This document shows, piece by piece, positions 1 through 11,059 of a stretch of DNA of 64,000 bases (position 1 is the stretch's first letter; each line of letters opens with the position of its first letter). A model generated the notes under the pieces. The model saw only the letters and a program-made list of their open reading frames with translations, was not told the DNA's origin and ran no database searches. A program made the translations under genes and the position numbers. Source of the stretch: an uncultured Rikenellaceae bacterium (GTDB lineage: Bacteria; Bacteroidota; Bacteroidia; Bacteroidales; VadinHA17); assembly GCA_964514725.1 (NCBI GenBank), contig CAZEUL010000005.1, positions 129,479-193,478 of the forward strand. The letters run 5' to 3'.

Positions 1-1
1 T

Positions 2-163
2 TATGAGTATATCTGGATGCTAAAGAACAAAGGAGCAGCTGATTTTGCAGATGAGATTGTGAAGAATATGGTTATCGACGTCAGTACATTCAGCCGTAAC
101 CTTGCTGAACTGTATCTGAGTCGGAAAGCAATGGCCATGAAACTGGAACAATTATCAAAATGA
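2..163 (+). CDS. 3' fragment of a DUF4091/GH123-like glycoside hydrolase (N-terminus outside window)
   Basis: The frame is open from the window edge to TGA at 161-163. The tail ...YEYIWMLKNKG... resembles the C-terminal (D/E)YE(Y/C)xxML motif of the full-length DUF4091-like ORFs here (DYEYLFML, DYECFLML, EYEYMRLL). The stop overlaps the next start as ATGA. Confidence 0.5.
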   Translation, partial: YEYIWMLKNKGAADFADEIVKNMVIDVSTFSRNLAELYLSRKAMAMKLEQLSK

Positions 164-1416
164 GAACAGGAAAAATCTTTCTGACCGGATTAATTATACT
201 TCTGGCCGGTCATATTAATCTGGGAGCGCAAACAGTATATAAGCCACCACAGAAAAAGTTGATTTTCTTTGGCTGGCATATGCCATATATCCAGCAATTC
301 ATTGAAAATATGAAAATTTATGAAAAACCTCCCTTTGACGGGATAAGTTTAAGGATCTCTAAAGAAGCAGGCAGCGGAAACATCTTTATGGTTAAAAACT
401 GGAAGGAAGTCAGTGAAAAGGCAAAGGAAGAAGAATTGATCCGGGCAGCAGCTGTTAAAGCCGGTGAAATACTTACAGATAATTTCATTGTACTTTATGG
501 AGCTTCCCAAATGGACTGGTTCAGTGATGAGGACTGGAAACTTGCCGAAGAACAGATTCGTTACGATCTTAAGCTGGCCAGGAAAGCAGGATGCAAGGGA
601 ATTGTCTGGGATCCGGAACCTTACAAACCCGGTAAAAATCCGTGGAGATATAATGAACAGGAGAAAACCTCGCTATATTCATTTGAACAATACAGCTCTC
701 AGGTAAGGAAGCGGGGCGCTCAATTTATTTCTGTTCTTCAGGATGAGTTTCCGGGAATAGTGATTTTCTCGTTGCGCGAACTGTCCGACTGGCAGAATGG
801 ATCGCCATTTTCGACTCCGTTGCTGCCGGTCAGCAACCGTGAAAAAACAATTGATGAGCTGAAAAATGCCTGGTGGGGGTTACACATTGCATTTTATGTG
901 GGTATGATCGAAGCAATTAAACCAGGAACCAAGTTCGTTGATGGCAATGAAGAAGCTTATTACTATACTTCACCGGGGGAATTCTATGAAGTCCGCAATA
1001 CACTAGCAGTTGATGCTAAAGCACTTATTCCACCTGAATTATGGGAGAAACACTCATGCTATAACCGGATCGGACATGCAATTGCTGCTGAGTATATAGC
1101 TGGTAACTGGCTTGGCATGGCTCCATTTCCATATCGCCTTACAGGACAGGGAGTTATGATGAGTGCTGAGGAAAAGGCAAAATGGCTCGAACATAATGCA
1201 TACTATGCCCTGAAGACGGCAGATGAATATACCTGGCTCTATACTGAAGGGATGAACTGGTGGACCGGGGAAAAAGTCCCGGAGGGATTTAACGAAGCTC
1301 TGGTTTCGGCCAAACGAAAAGTGGAAGGAGGGCAGCCTCTTGGCTATGAAATCGACCAGATGATCAAAAACGCTCAGAATAAAGCAGAGGAATTTTATAA
1401 AGACAAAAATAAGTAG
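160..1416 (+). CDS. Secreted hypothetical protein, possibly a glycan-active enzyme of unknown family
   Basis: 418-aa ORF with an N-terminal signal peptide (LIILLAGHINLGAQ). It is ATGA-coupled to the upstream DUF4091-like gene. I can assign no family motif. Confidence 0.55.
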   Translation: MRTGKIFLTGLIILLAGHINLGAQTVYKPPQKKLIFFGWHMPYIQQFIENMKIYEKPPFDGISLRISKEAGSGNIFMVKNWKEVSEKAKEEELIRAAAVKAGEILTDNFIVLYGASQMDWFSDEDWKLAEEQIRYDLKLARKAGCKGIVWDPEPYKPGKNPWRYNEQEKTSLYSFEQYSSQVRKRGAQFISVLQDEFPGIVIFSLRELSDWQNGSPFSTPLLPVSNREKTIDELKNAWWGLHIAFYVGMIEAIKPGTKFVDGNEEAYYYTSPGEFYEVRNTLAVDAKALIPPELWEKHSCYNRIGHAIAAEYIAGNWLGMAPFPYRLTGQGVMMSAEEKAKWLEHNAYYALKTADEYTWLYTEGMNWWTGEKVPEGFNEALVSAKRKVEGGQPLGYEIDQMIKNAQNKAEEFYKDKNK

Positions 1417-1439
1417 TTGTGCATATAATCAATTACACT

Positions 1440-4346
1440 ATGAAAAGTAAATTTTTATTATTAAGGAATTACATCACCATTTCAATCTTTGTCCTTGTTT
1501 CTTTACAGGCAAAACCACAGATAAACAAACCTCATTTACAGGTGCCGTTTATTAAATCATCACCGGTAATTGATGGTAAACTTTCAGAGGCTTCATGGCA
1601 GCAGGCTTCTGAATTGTCAGAATTTGTCAACTGGTCGCTTGACACTTATATTAAGGATCCGGTGAGTGTGTTCTTATATTATGATGAGAAGAATCTTTAT
1701 GTCGCTTTTCTTAATAGTGATCCCGAAGCAGAAACACTTTACAAAACTGTAAGCCCGAAAGGACCCAGAGACACCTTTCTGTGGGGCAGGAATCATGCAA
1801 TGGTCGGATTAGGTTATGCGGGCACTTCTTTACAACTCATGGCAGATCCGAAAGGAACCATGACTGACTGGAAGAACAACGATATAAGCTGGAACGGAAA
1901 CTGGCAGTATGGAGCTTCCATAAACAAGACTGACTGGACTGCAGAATTTTCAATCCCGTTGAGTGATCTTGGACTCGCTGAATTAGGATCAGGTAAGGAG
2001 TTAAATCTGTCTATTTCAAGAAGCTATCCGGGAGGGGAATCCTCAAGTTGGTCGGGAATCTGCACCCTCACTCCCATGAACAATATCAGGTGTGCTTACG
2101 GAAGGTGGCAGGATCCGGTTCCCGGCACTAATACATTGTCATTTAAAGCTTCAAACTTTGGTGATAATGCAACTGATCTGCAGTGCGAATTGAAGTTTTA
2201 TGCTTTGAATGAAAAACCTGAGTTCATTAATCAGACAGGTCAGGGAGCCTCTTCCGATCTCCAGATTGTCATAAACTCTGAACCGCTTGTTTACAGGTAT
2301 AAATTTTCTATACCTCCCGGTGGTTCCATTGACGAGAAGTTGCAGTATGATCTTCCTCGGGAAGGTTCCTATTTTGCATCAGCATCAGTTTTGTCATCAA
2401 CCGGAAATGTAATCCGACGGGGAGTTGACTATTGGTTTACAATCGAACCTAACAGAAAAAAGCTGGCTCAATTAAAAGGATTGATTGGAGAAGCAATAGC
2501 TTCAATGACACGGATTCCAGGATCAGCAGCGAATAGTATGAAACAGGAGGCCGACAGACTTTATTCGGAGGTCATCAGACAGGAAGAATCGGTTGAAAAT
2601 GAATGGAAATCAGGAGGATGGGACAGGTTGACAGCAAAAACGAAAAAGCTGGAAACCGATATATCAAGACATCTTAATAAGGTAAGATGGTATACACTAA
2701 AAAACTGGAGAGGTGATTGGGATTTTGGTATTGCACTTACCCATTCTGTAATTAAACTTAAAAAAGATGCTGTTTTCCCCCATCCTGTCAGTGATAAAAT
2801 TGAGATCTCTCTTGCAGGGAATGAATATGAATCATTCCAGATGGCTCTTCTTCCCTTTAAAGCTGACATCAATAATCTTAAACTTGAAGTCAGCGACCTG
2901 ACTGCTGAAAACGGAGGTATTATCAATAAGAAGAATATTGAAATATCACTCGTGGAATATAATAATATCGAATGGCAGGCTGATTATGTTGCCGAAAAGG
3001 GCTGGCATCCTGATCCTCTGATCCCATTTAAAAACGGGATCAATATTAAAGGAAATGACCTTTGCCGGCCTTTATGGATTACTGTTTATGCACCAGCAGG
3101 AACAAAGGCAGGTGAATATAAAGGCACCATAAAAATCAGCGCTGGCGGAATGAAAGATGTTACGGCATTTATAAACTGCAGAGTATGGGGATTTGATATT
3201 CCTGCCGTAAGTCACCTTAAAACACACTCATGGGACCAGATTGAGTACCTGGCTGATTTCTATAATCTTGAAGAATACCCGGTTGAATGGTATATGAATT
3301 ATTGCGGATTACTTCTTAAGAACAGATTCAATCCGGGATCTGCCGGCGTTAATTATGTTAGTGACAAACCAGTTAAAAAGGGGAAGTATGACTTCAGCAG
3401 GGTGGAAAAGGTACTTGCCTATTGTATTGAAAGAGGTCTTACACGCTTTTCCATGATCCAGATGAAAAAAGGTTTGTACACACCTAAAGAAGCTGAGGAT
3501 GCTTACAGGTTCATTGAAGCTTACAGCAAATTCCTCAAGGAGAGAGGATGGCTTGATGAAGCCCTGGTTGAACTGTGGGATGAGCCCACAGATCTGGAAT
3601 GGCCATATATAAAGGAAAGAGCTGAAAGGATAAAGAAGATTGATAAAGATATACGTCTTCAGTTGTTTGCCGAAGGCGGTCCTTATGAATTTTCAGATCC
3701 TGCCACAGATAAATATGGACTTAATGATTTAATAGATATCTGGGCACCGGTGAATATTATTGAATCGCCTGAAACACAGGCAAAGGGTGGTGAGATCTGG
3801 ACTTATTTCTGTACACTTGCCAGGGAATCGGCCCCGAATTTCTTCATTGATTGTCCGGCAATTTACCAGAGAAGTATTGCCTGGTATTGCTGGATGTATG
3901 GTGTGGATGGTTTCGAGCACTGGAGTTCAAACTATTTCTGGCGCAATGTTAAAAAGGGTGAACCTCTTGACCGTAAATGGCCTAATGTGCCTTGGGATTC
4001 AAGGACATACTATTACTACAACGGTGAAGGTCAGCTTGTCTATCCTGGGCCTGATGGTGCTACATATTCATCGGTCAGACTTGAGAACTTCCGCGACGGG
4101 ATGGAAGATTATGAATATCTTTTCATGTTGAGAGAGCTCCTTTCTGCTCCAGGTAATGATGCTGATAATCCTGAACTCAACGCTTACAGACAGCTGCTGA
4201 AACCTGAAGATTATCTTCTGATAAAGAATCCGAGGAAGATAAAGGTTACCCTTGAAAATACCCTGCGTTTTCCTGACCAGCCTGAATTGATACTTGAACG
4301 CAGAAACATGATAGCCAGTGCAATTGAAAAACTCCTTAAAAAATAA
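1440..4346 (+). CDS. CBM9-like domain plus DUF4091 (GH123-like) glycoside hydrolase
   Basis: The track ORF starts at GTG 1419, but the likely start is ATG 1440 (MKSKFLLL, signal peptide). The N-terminus (VIDGKLSEASWQQA...LYVAF) is CBM9-like. The C-terminus has the DUF4091-type motifs IAWYCWMYGVDGFEHW, GEGQLVYPG and RLENFRDGMEDYEYLFML. Confidence 0.7.
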   Translation: MKSKFLLLRNYITISIFVLVSLQAKPQINKPHLQVPFIKSSPVIDGKLSEASWQQASELSEFVNWSLDTYIKDPVSVFLYYDEKNLYVAFLNSDPEAETLYKTVSPKGPRDTFLWGRNHAMVGLGYAGTSLQLMADPKGTMTDWKNNDISWNGNWQYGASINKTDWTAEFSIPLSDLGLAELGSGKELNLSISRSYPGGESSSWSGICTLTPMNNIRCAYGRWQDPVPGTNTLSFKASNFGDNATDLQCELKFYALNEKPEFINQTGQGASSDLQIVINSEPLVYRYKFSIPPGGSIDEKLQYDLPREGSYFASASVLSSTGNVIRRGVDYWFTIEPNRKKLAQLKGLIGEAIASMTRIPGSAANSMKQEADRLYSEVIRQEESVENEWKSGGWDRLTAKTKKLETDISRHLNKVRWYTLKNWRGDWDFGIALTHSVIKLKKDAVFPHPVSDKIEISLAGNEYESFQMALLPFKADINNLKLEVSDLTAENGGIINKKNIEISLVEYNNIEWQADYVAEKGWHPDPLIPFKNGINIKGNDLCRPLWITVYAPAGTKAGEYKGTIKISAGGMKDVTAFINCRVWGFDIPAVSHLKTHSWDQIEYLADFYNLEEYPVEWYMNYCGLLLKNRFNPGSAGVNYVSDKPVKKGKYDFSRVEKVLAYCIERGLTRFSMIQMKKGLYTPKEAEDAYRFIEAYSKFLKERGWLDEALVELWDEPTDLEWPYIKERAERIKKIDKDIRLQLFAEGGPYEFSDPATDKYGLNDLIDIWAPVNIIESPETQAKGGEIWTYFCTLARESAPNFFIDCPAIYQRSIAWYCWMYGVDGFEHWSSNYFWRNVKKGEPLDRKWPNVPWDSRTYYYYNGEGQLVYPGPDGATYSSVRLENFRDGMEDYEYLFMLRELLSAPGNDADNPELNAYRQLLKPEDYLLIKNPRKIKVTLENTLRFPDQPELILERRNMIASAIEKLLKK

Positions 4347-4350
4347 AACC

Positions 4351-6318
4351 ATGAAGCTGACAACATTTGTATTTCTCATTCAGTTTAGCACCTGTAACCT
4401 TCTGTCACAGGTCTTTACCATTGGATCCGTCTATGATCTGGATCCGGTTTTTGAGGACGGATACAGGATGCCTGTAATGAACGATTCAGTAAATATCTTC
4501 GGGATAAGAGGAGAAATTGTCTCCGGGCAGTTCGTTGTCAGCGCAAAAAAACAACTTAATAATGTAACCGTACAACTGAGTGATTTTAACGAGATTACAT
4601 CGGGCGCAGCACTACCGGACGGTTCTGTAGAATGGAATTTCGTGGGTAGCATTCCTTTAACGAAAAATACTCCCAATCAGCCTGATAGAGAGCTTACCAG
4701 GAAGGCTCCTGCACGATATCCCGAGTACCTGATGGCTGAAAAAAGTGTGAATATGCCTCAAAAAACTTTCAGGGCGATCTGGCTTACTATATCCATACCT
4801 GAAAATTTAAGAGAAGGAACCTATGCAGGAAAAGCAACGGTAAAGTGCAGTCAGGGCGAACAGTCGATACCAGTTTGCATTAGGATATATCCGTTAACTC
4901 TTTCTTCCGAAAGGCATCTTAAGGTAACCGAATGGTACAACACAGGCGCTTTCAACCGCTTTCACGGAATAAACGAGAGGTATTCCGCAGAATGGTTTGC
5001 AATGCTTAGAAAATATGCGGAAAATATGGCTGCGCACAGACAGAATGTTTTTCAGGTCCCGATGAGTGCGGTGGAAATAAGCAGGAATAAAGACGGCAGA
5101 CTTGATTTTAATTTTACAAGATTTGACCAGATTGCTGAGGTTTTCTGGGATACAAAGAAGATGGATTATCTTGAGACCGGGGAAATTATGAGGTTTGGTG
5201 ATAATGCATGGTTCAGCACTTCTATTAAAGTTCAGGATTTCAAAGTAAAAAATGAAATAACCGGAACGGTTGAGACAATTCCGGGAGATGATGTTGCACC
5301 ATATCTGCTCCCTGAAATTGAAAATCATCTGAGAAAGAAAGGGTGGCTTGACAAAACCCTTTTTCATGTAAAAGATGAACCATCGATGCATAATGCTATG
5401 GCCTGGAGAGAAAAATCATCGTATATACACAGGCTGGCTCCTGACCTTAAAAGGCTCGACGCAATAGAAACTACAAACCTTCTGAATGATATAGAAATAG
5501 CAGTTCCCAAACTCGATGCACTCGGAACCTGGCACAGCTCTTTTGAAGAAGCACGAAGGAGGGGTGTGGAGTTATGGTTTTACACTGTCGGAATTTATCA
5601 GGGCAGCCTCTTCCCCAATAAGACAATTGACCTGCCTGTAATGAACAGCCGCATACTGCACTGGCTCAACTACAAATATGATGCAACAGGTTATCTTCAC
5701 TGGGGCTGGAACCAATGGGAAGAAGATCCGTTTAAAGATGTGGGAATGCATATTGGTGATGGATGGCATGTCTACCCTGCCAGGGATGGAGTCCTCAATT
5801 CACTGAGATGGGAACAGATGAGGAACGGGATACAGGATTATGAATGCTTCCTGATGCTTGAGAAAAAGATAAAGGCTCTCAGGGATTCGCTTGGAGCCAG
5901 GGCCTCGTGGATTATCCCTTCGCAGAGAGGCAAAGAGATCGCTTCAGAGATCGTTATGAGCTTTGATGAACATTCCGATGATCCGCGCTCACTATACAAA
6001 GCAAAGGAAAAACTTTTAAATGAACTGGTAAGTTTTAACAAACCTCCTGAAATATATATTCAGACTACACCGGCAGAGGGCGCCACAATAACATACCACT
6101 CTTCAGTTGAGCTATATGGATGGACTGTTCCTGGGACAAAAATTATTGCCAACGGGAAAGAACTTCCTGTAAGTGCTCAGGGATACTTCTTCGAACAATT
6201 CGGAGGAGAGGCACTTGATAATACAAAAATAGGCCTCTCTGACGGTTCAGTATATGTACAGGCTGTGAAAGACGGGAAAACGACTGAAATTGTAAGAAGA
6301 TTTATTATTAAACGATAA
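4351..6318 (+). CDS. DUF4091 (GH123-like) glycoside hydrolase
   Basis: The likely start is ATG 4351 (MKLTTFVFL), 4 nt after the upstream stop. Motifs present are ILHWLNYKYDATGYLHWGWNQW, GDGWHVYPA and RWEQMRNGIQDYECFLML. Confidence 0.7.
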   Translation: MKLTTFVFLIQFSTCNLLSQVFTIGSVYDLDPVFEDGYRMPVMNDSVNIFGIRGEIVSGQFVVSAKKQLNNVTVQLSDFNEITSGAALPDGSVEWNFVGSIPLTKNTPNQPDRELTRKAPARYPEYLMAEKSVNMPQKTFRAIWLTISIPENLREGTYAGKATVKCSQGEQSIPVCIRIYPLTLSSERHLKVTEWYNTGAFNRFHGINERYSAEWFAMLRKYAENMAAHRQNVFQVPMSAVEISRNKDGRLDFNFTRFDQIAEVFWDTKKMDYLETGEIMRFGDNAWFSTSIKVQDFKVKNEITGTVETIPGDDVAPYLLPEIENHLRKKGWLDKTLFHVKDEPSMHNAMAWREKSSYIHRLAPDLKRLDAIETTNLLNDIEIAVPKLDALGTWHSSFEEARRRGVELWFYTVGIYQGSLFPNKTIDLPVMNSRILHWLNYKYDATGYLHWGWNQWEEDPFKDVGMHIGDGWHVYPARDGVLNSLRWEQMRNGIQDYECFLMLEKKIKALRDSLGARASWIIPSQRGKEIASEIVMSFDEHSDDPRSLYKAKEKLLNELVSFNKPPEIYIQTTPAEGATITYHSSVELYGWTVPGTKIIANGKELPVSAQGYFFEQFGGEALDNTKIGLSDGSVYVQAVKDGKTTEIVRRFIIKR

Positions 6319-6455
6319 AAAGATCTATGAAAAATTAAGATTTTATGTTGAGAGACAGAAAGAAATTATGTAATGGATGATTAAGCCGTAAGATTGTTTC
6401 TGGATGTGCTAAACAAATCACTGTCGTGTAATATTTAAAAAAGTATTGATTATCT

Positions 6456-7925
6456 ATGACATATATTAAGCCAGACAGGAGAAAATTCATTATCCAAAGT
6501 ATTCTTGGAACGGCAGGTGCCGCATTAGGAGGATTTATACCCGGAAAAATCAATCCATTACCTCTTGATGGCGAAAAGGAAAATAATAAGTTTAAGTCAG
6601 GAGTTAAGGTAACGGTCCAGGCTGAAGAAGAGGTCTATAAGTATACACCGGCCGAAAATGGTGCAGGACCAATGTGGTGCCACGGCTCGACCTGCATTGT
6701 CCGTCACGGAGATAAAGTTTATGCATCGGGAATTGAAACAGTCCCGGTCTGGAAACCACTTAACAATTGTCGGTGGATGCTTTTCAGACGTTCAGAAAAA
6801 GGATGGGAACATGTAATGACAGATGAGAAAAACCGAACCCGCGAACCAAGTCCGCTCGCTGTTTTAAGTAATGGGCAGATTTACCTGTCGGCTAATCCGA
6901 CACTGACAGGTCCTGAAGAATACAATGGTCCTTCAAAACCAGAGTTCTTTGTTTTTGATTCCAATGATCCGAATTTAAGTTACAAGCAGGTCTTTCCCGA
7001 ATGGGCCGGAAATCCTCCATTCACAGAACATTCCTACAGAAGCCTGGCAGCAGATGGGCCGTCAAATGAACTTATTATTTTTCAAAATATTGGTTATACT
7101 CATGCTGAATGGTCGTTTCTGGATAAGCAAAACCGGTGGGCAGCACAGGGACGACTTGTCTGGCCATGGGGTTCTGAATACGAAGTACCCGAACCAATAA
7201 GGATATGCTATCCCAATGTAATGCTTAAAAATAAAGCTATCTATTTCTGCGGAGTAAGCGATATAATCGAACCCAAAAAAGCATGGAGGGAATTTAAACG
7301 ACAGTTGACAGGCAATGAATGGGATTATGACTTCAGGAGGCTGTTCTTTACTTGGACAGAAGACATAACCAAAAACGCTTTTCACGACTGGATTGAGATA
7401 GCCAGTCGTGAAGAGACCTGCGGATGGATTTACCCTGCCGATTTGTATGCGGAAGATGACGGGTCGGTCCATATCCTCTGGACAGAAAGGGCTATCGATG
7501 AAAGATTGCGTGAAAAATTCTTTCCTGGCGCAAAGCAATCTCATGCCCTGAATTATGCTTTGGTAAAAAACGGGAAAGTTATTGCCAGAAATATCCTTCA
7601 TCTTAATGAAGAGGGAGGAACAAACGGAATACCATCTGAAGCACGATTTCAGATACTGCCTGACCATAGGATATTTGTTGTTTACGCAGTAAGGGAAAAT
7701 GTTACTGCAGGTCAGACAACAGTTAAAAACTATGCCAGAGAAATCGATACCGGATCAAAAAACAGAAAACCGGTACTCATCCCGCTCAGATATCCCTTTT
7801 CAGGTTTCTTTACAGCTACAGTCCGGGCAGGGTCAGAACCTTCTTCCTTCCTGGATATTCTTGGCACAACCGGTGAAAAGAATACAATACGTTATGCAAA
7901 AGTGAATCTGGACTTTGCTATTTAA
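6456..7925 (+). CDS. Tat-signal periplasmic protein of unknown function
   Basis: 489-aa ORF with a twin-arginine motif (PDRRKFIIQSILGTAGAALGG). I recognise no catalytic motif. It sits directly upstream of a Tat-signal Gfo/Idh/MocA gene. Confidence 0.55.
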   Translation: MTYIKPDRRKFIIQSILGTAGAALGGFIPGKINPLPLDGEKENNKFKSGVKVTVQAEEEVYKYTPAENGAGPMWCHGSTCIVRHGDKVYASGIETVPVWKPLNNCRWMLFRRSEKGWEHVMTDEKNRTREPSPLAVLSNGQIYLSANPTLTGPEEYNGPSKPEFFVFDSNDPNLSYKQVFPEWAGNPPFTEHSYRSLAADGPSNELIIFQNIGYTHAEWSFLDKQNRWAAQGRLVWPWGSEYEVPEPIRICYPNVMLKNKAIYFCGVSDIIEPKKAWREFKRQLTGNEWDYDFRRLFFTWTEDITKNAFHDWIEIASREETCGWIYPADLYAEDDGSVHILWTERAIDERLREKFFPGAKQSHALNYALVKNGKVIARNILHLNEEGGTNGIPSEARFQILPDHRIFVVYAVRENVTAGQTTVKNYAREIDTGSKNRKPVLIPLRYPFSGFFTATVRAGSEPSSFLDILGTTGEKNTIRYAKVNLDFAI

Positions 7926-8038
7926 TTTTTTTTTTAATCTATAACAGTTTAAAATGAAAGGTTGTATCTTTTTAAAATGGATTTTAAGCTACCACAAGTA
8001 TTTTGGAGAATTTACTAACTAAATAATACACATGAAAA

Positions 8039-9331
8039 ATGAAAAGCACTAATATTTCAAGAAGGAAATTCGTCAAAGGATTGGCAGGCAGCGCTGCCGG
8101 ATTTGCAGCATTTGGAAACAATTTAGGCATGTCAGCAATAAGTTATTCGCGTATTATTGGTGCTAATGAAAGGATCAATATTGGTGTCATTGGATGCGGT
8201 GGAATGGCAGGCAGTCACATGGAAGCTCTGTTGAAAATGAGAGAATCTGACAACGTTGAGATCACTGCAGTATGTGATATTTATACAAAGAGACTGGAAA
8301 AGGCTAAAGAGCTGACAAAAGCTCAGGCTATAAAAAATTATCAGGAACTATTGCAAAATAAGGAAATTGATTATGTACTTATAGCCACGCCTGAACATTG
8401 GCATTATCAGATGACCCTGGATGCAATAAGCGCCGGAAAGCATATTTATGTTGAAAAGCCAATGACTCATACAATTGAACAAGCCAAAGATGTATGTGAT
8501 AAAATTGCCGCGTCAAAACTCAAAATGCAGGTCGGGGTACAGGGCATGTCAGATGATTCATATGAAACCGCACATAAAATGATTCAGGAAGGGGCGCTTG
8601 GGAAGGTTGTTATGGCTCATATCGATTACTCCAGGAATTATCCCGATGATTTCTGGGCATACCCAATTGATGCAGATGCCAAACCCGGGGTAAATCTGGA
8701 TTGGGAAGCATGGCTTGGTCCTGCACCAAAACGACCATGGGACCCTAGAAGATATTTTCAGTGGAGAAGATATTGGGATTACTCCGGAGGAATTGCAACA
8801 GATCTGTTTATTCACCGGGTGACCAGGATCATTAAATCGCTTGGATTAAGTTTCCCCGATTATGTTGTTGCCACAGGTGGCACATGGAATTTTGTAAACA
8901 GTGTGGCCGAGATACCCGATACCTTTAACATGATGTTGGACTATCCTGAAAAAACAACTGTTATGGTTGTTTCATCACTGGCAAATGACATGCCGATAAG
9001 GCATGTGATAAGAGGGCACAATGCAACACTGGAATTTACAATGGAAGGATTTACAATCACTCCTCAGGAGCAATCGGAAATGGCTAAAATAAGTGGTACT
9101 GGAGAAAAAGTAAAAGGGAAAAATATCTTTACCTATAAAAAATCAGGGGGTGAAGATGTAACTTTACACCACAGAAACCTGATTGCCGCAATAAGGAAAA
9201 ACGAACCATTAAAGTGCGATCAAAATCTTGGTTTTTATGGCGTTGTAGCTTGTATGATGGGAGTTGAATCATTTCGTAAAAGAAAATATCTGAAATGGGA
9301 CCAGCAATATCAGAAAATTGTTGAAAGTTAA
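8039..9331 (+). CDS. Gfo/Idh/MocA family oxidoreductase with Tat signal (periplasmic)
   Basis: It has a Tat motif ([21 protein letters not shown]), a Rossmann N-terminus ([15 protein letters not shown]) and the family EKP motif (HIYVEKPMT). Confidence 0.85.
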   Translation: MKSTNISRRKFVKGLAGSAAGFAAFGNNLGMSAISYSRIIGANERINIGVIGCGGMAGSHMEALLKMRESDNVEITAVCDIYTKRLEKAKELTKAQAIKNYQELLQNKEIDYVLIATPEHWHYQMTLDAISAGKHIYVEKPMTHTIEQAKDVCDKIAASKLKMQVGVQGMSDDSYETAHKMIQEGALGKVVMAHIDYSRNYPDDFWAYPIDADAKPGVNLDWEAWLGPAPKRPWDPRRYFQWRRYWDYSGGIATDLFIHRVTRIIKSLGLSFPDYVVATGGTWNFVNSVAEIPDTFNMMLDYPEKTTVMVVSSLANDMPIRHVIRGHNATLEFTMEGFTITPQEQSEMAKISGTGEKVKGKNIFTYKKSGGEDVTLHHRNLIAAIRKNEPLKCDQNLGFYGVVACMMGVESFRKRKYLKWDQQYQKIVES

Positions 9332-9500
9332 AAATTAAAGGTTGATTATCAGTGCCTTAATAAGGTTTTCAAACAAACGTTCTGAATAGCCTCATGATAT
9401 TTTAAAAACACGAACACAAAGAACCAGGAACACTGAAAAAACCTTATCTTGCTATTGAATCTTTTAGAAGCATTGCAAATAAGTAAAAAAGAATTTAACA

Positions 9501-10958
9501 ATGAATACGAAAACTCGACCAACACTTTCACGCTTTGTTCTGTTGCCTTTGTATTCAATATGTGTTTTTGCCTCTTTACTTTTTTTAATATCCTGCTCAG
9601 CAGATAGAAAATCAAAAGCACTCTCAACTTTACAAATAGGGATTGCTGAGCTTAACTACACTCCCGAAACAGGACTTGATCTGGTTGGAAATTACCGCGG
9701 TGATGATTATGCCTCTAGAGGGGTGCACGACTCACTGTATGCAAAAGCCCTGGTTGCTTCTGACAGCAAAGGTCAGAAAGTAGCAATACTTGCAATCGAT
9801 ATATGCCTTCTTCCGAAGGAACCGGTGAAATATATCCGTGATTATATTGCATCAAAAAGCGATATAAAGTCGGAGAACATTATGGTAATGGCCACTCACA
9901 CACATAGCGGTCCGCCATCCGATCTTGATGCTCCTAAGGCAAAGGAATATCTTCTTAAAGCGGCAAATGCTGTTCTGGAGGCTGACAGGAATCTGAAACC
10001 GACAGTGGTATCGGCAGGAAGAAGCTCCGAAAACAGAATATCGCATAACCGGCGGCTCAGATGCATCGATGGTACAACACATATGTGCTGGGAGAAGTTA
10101 GAACCGGGATACGTAATAGAACCATGGGGTTCGATTGATCCTGAGGTTATTACACTGACTTTTAAGCAGGACGGAAAAGAATCGGGTGTCCTTGTTAATT
10201 TCGGTTGCCATGCTACAACCCTTACAGGTAATAACTGGCTCTATTCCGCAGATTATCCGGGATATCTCGCTGAAGCAATAAAGAAAGTAAAAGGTAAAGA
10301 TTTCAAATCGATGTTTTGTAATGGTTGCTGCGGAAATGTTACCCAGGTCGATTACAGGGTTGGGTTTCCCGATACCTTTCAGGAATGCCAGCGTATCGGG
10401 TATATACTGGCAATTGCTGCACTGGAATCAATGAAAAACTCAAATGTTGTGCCGACAGATAAGATTGTTGTATCGCGTGAAATGGTGCCACTGAATAGAA
10501 TTGATATATCTGATGAACAGATAGCCTGGGCTAAAGAGATCATGAAAAAGGTTGAAAAAGAGGGAATGCCTCCTATTCAGGCAGATGGCATGCCAGATGC
10601 ATATTATGCAAAGGAATGGCTTGAAATGAGAAAGGTTCAGGACATAACAGACAGTGTTGAGGTTATGGTGATCAGGTTAGGTGATGTTGCGTTCGTCGGT
10701 TTGCCGGGTGAGATATTTAATGAGTTTGGAATTGATATAAAATCAAAATCACCCTGCAAGAACACAATTGTAACAAGTCTGACAAATGACAACAGAGCTT
10801 ATTTCCCTACTAGAATTTCTTTCACTCAGGGACCTGTAGGATTTACACCAATGATAACTGGTTATGAGACAACCCCGGGAACAACTCTTTATGAACCCGG
10901 ATCGGGGGAAAAACTCGCAGAGTCAGCAATAAGGCAGCTGAATAAGCTTTTTGAATAA
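9501..10958 (+). CDS. Neutral/alkaline ceramidase-like lipoprotein (putative amidase)
   Basis: It has a lipoprotein signal (LLFLISCS). The N-terminal pattern LQIGIAELNYTPETGLDLVGNYRGDDYASRGVHDSLYAKALVASD...VAILAIDICLL resembles the ceramidase N-terminal domain. Confidence 0.5.
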   Translation: MNTKTRPTLSRFVLLPLYSICVFASLLFLISCSADRKSKALSTLQIGIAELNYTPETGLDLVGNYRGDDYASRGVHDSLYAKALVASDSKGQKVAILAIDICLLPKEPVKYIRDYIASKSDIKSENIMVMATHTHSGPPSDLDAPKAKEYLLKAANAVLEADRNLKPTVVSAGRSSENRISHNRRLRCIDGTTHMCWEKLEPGYVIEPWGSIDPEVITLTFKQDGKESGVLVNFGCHATTLTGNNWLYSADYPGYLAEAIKKVKGKDFKSMFCNGCCGNVTQVDYRVGFPDTFQECQRIGYILAIAALESMKNSNVVPTDKIVVSREMVPLNRIDISDEQIAWAKEIMKKVEKEGMPPIQADGMPDAYYAKEWLEMRKVQDITDSVEVMVIRLGDVAFVGLPGEIFNEFGIDIKSKSPCKNTIVTSLTNDNRAYFPTRISFTQGPVGFTPMITGYETTPGTTLYEPGSGEKLAESAIRQLNKLFE

Positions 10959-11059
10959 TTATGGTTCCGTTTTTTCAAGAGGCATTTTGACTTTTTGTTA
11001 AAATTGCTCTTCAGCAGTAAATGTAACTTACCAGCTTCTTTCAAGGAAACATAAAAAAA

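Noticed and set aside
1419-1439. N-terminal extensions in track ORFs from GTG/TTG or upstream starts (1419, 4318, 16089, 21565, 28771, 45356, 48637, 57384, 58221).
   Set aside because: In each case an internal ATG gives a canonical signal peptide or family N-terminus. It also removes an overlap with the upstream gene or creates a classical ATGA coupling, so I used the internal starts.
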